Shown here in pieces: positions 62,983 through 64,000 of a stretch of DNA of 64,000 bases. The stretch comes from Eledone cirrhosa (Eukaryota). How positions within the stretch are numbered: the first letter of the stretch is position 1; the number at the start of each line of letters is the position of its first letter. The DNA is taken from assembly GCA_964016885.1 (NCBI GenBank), contig OZ024742.1:73718001-73782000 (forward strand). The letters run 5' to 3'. The notes beneath the pieces are model-generated. The model saw only the letters and a program-made list of their open reading frames with translations. It did not search any database and had not been told where the DNA came from. Both the position numbers and the translations under genes were made by a program.

Positions 62983-63394
62983 CCGGGAGAGATGACCCCT
63001 TAGCCTTTGTCAAGGCAGAATTCTAGGAGAAGGAAAACTCTGATATAACACCTGCAACCCTGATGGTATCCAATGATGTTGACTTGTTCTTCTTTTTGGT
63101 AAATATCATCTTGGTTAAGAGAGTGGGACTGGCTTTGTGCAGTGCCTTTACTCACTATAAAAGCTTCACGGCACAGGCATTGCTTCGTATCTGGAGATCT
63201 CTCTGCGCTTGTCGTCACATGGTACCATGGGCCCAGCACTATGTGTCAATAATTGTCACAAGTGTAGTGTTTGTACCAGAGTTTTCAAGTCGCTGGCTGG
63301 ACTAAAAAGTCACACTTGTTCAGTGCATCGGTAGGGGTTCTCCTACATGGATATAAAGTAGTGGCCGTACTCGAAAACGAGTTGGCAGCCACCA
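62983..63394 (+). mobile_element. Non-autonomous bipartite RTE derivative (5' UTR plus zinc-finger 3' end, (TATG)n tail)
   Basis: 62983-63185 resembles the RTE 5' UTR 56390-56612; 63254-63319 encodes CHKCSVCTRVFKSLAGLKSH. Confidence 0.75.
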
Positions 63395-63550
63395 TGTATG
63401 TATGTATGTATGTATGTATGTATGTATGTATGTATGTATGTATGTATGTATGTATGTATGTATGATGTTGACTTGTTCTTCTTTTTGGTAAATATCATCT
63501 TGGTTAAGAGAGTGGGACTGGCTATGTATGCATGTATGTATGTATGTATA

Positions 63551-63586
<36 letters not shown>

Positions 63587-63620
63587 TGTATGTATGTATG
63601 TATGTATGTATGTATGTGTA

Positions 63621-64000
63621 CGTCAGGTCACCAGTTGGTGCTACTGGTAACATGTATCCCAGTAGAAGCTGTCTCATGGTCGGGTCGTTGGCGACTAAAC
63701 TGGCAACCCTACCAAGGTTTCTTGGTGAGGAGGGTGACTTTGGACATCCTGCAGGACTAAAAACAAAACCTGTCAAAGGGCAAAGGAGCTCTTAAGAGTC
63801 AATGGCCATCCAAAATCACCGGGAGAGATGACCCCTTAGCCTTTGTCAAGGCAGAATTCTAGGAGAAGGAAAACTCTGATATAACACCTGCAACCCTGAC
63901 GGTATCCAATGATGTTGACTTGTTCTTCTTTTTGGTAAATATCATCTTGGTTAAGAGAGTGGGACTGGCTTTGTGCAGTGCCTTTGCTCACTATAAAAGC
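63621..64000 (+). mobile_element. Longer 5' copy of the same RTE-derived element (runs off the window)
   Basis: 63819-64000 is near identical to 62983-63164; preceded by (TATG)n. Confidence 0.75.

Overview
AT-rich, repeat-saturated animal genomic DNA. It is most likely an octopus-type cephalopod, inferred from the SINE families, extreme microsatellite load and retroelement mix. There is one 200-N scaffold gap (20792-20991). I found no credible host protein-coding exon; most ORFs in the track are microsatellite translations. Recognisable content: two tRNA-derived SINE families, Penelope-like elements (a Naiad-like RT plus GIY-YIG copy and Hydra-clade-like fragments), L1/Tx1-type LINEs, a near full-length RTE LINE with three C-terminal C2H2 fingers and its bipartite non-autonomous relative, R4-like and CRE-like RLE fragments, Helitrons, hAT/Tc2/mariner MITEs and several satellites. 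The main signal is a dense set of type I hammerhead ribozyme motifs (about 10 complete or degenerate cores plus 5 half-cores, from at least 7 sequence families). Many sit in fold-back palindromes whose second arm starts at or inside the ribozyme core. Also notable: an 18S rRNA fragment fused to a 5'-truncated Tx1-like LINE, and retroelement families that appear to partition different microsatellites as targets. All calls are by eye; boundaries of degraded elements are approximate.
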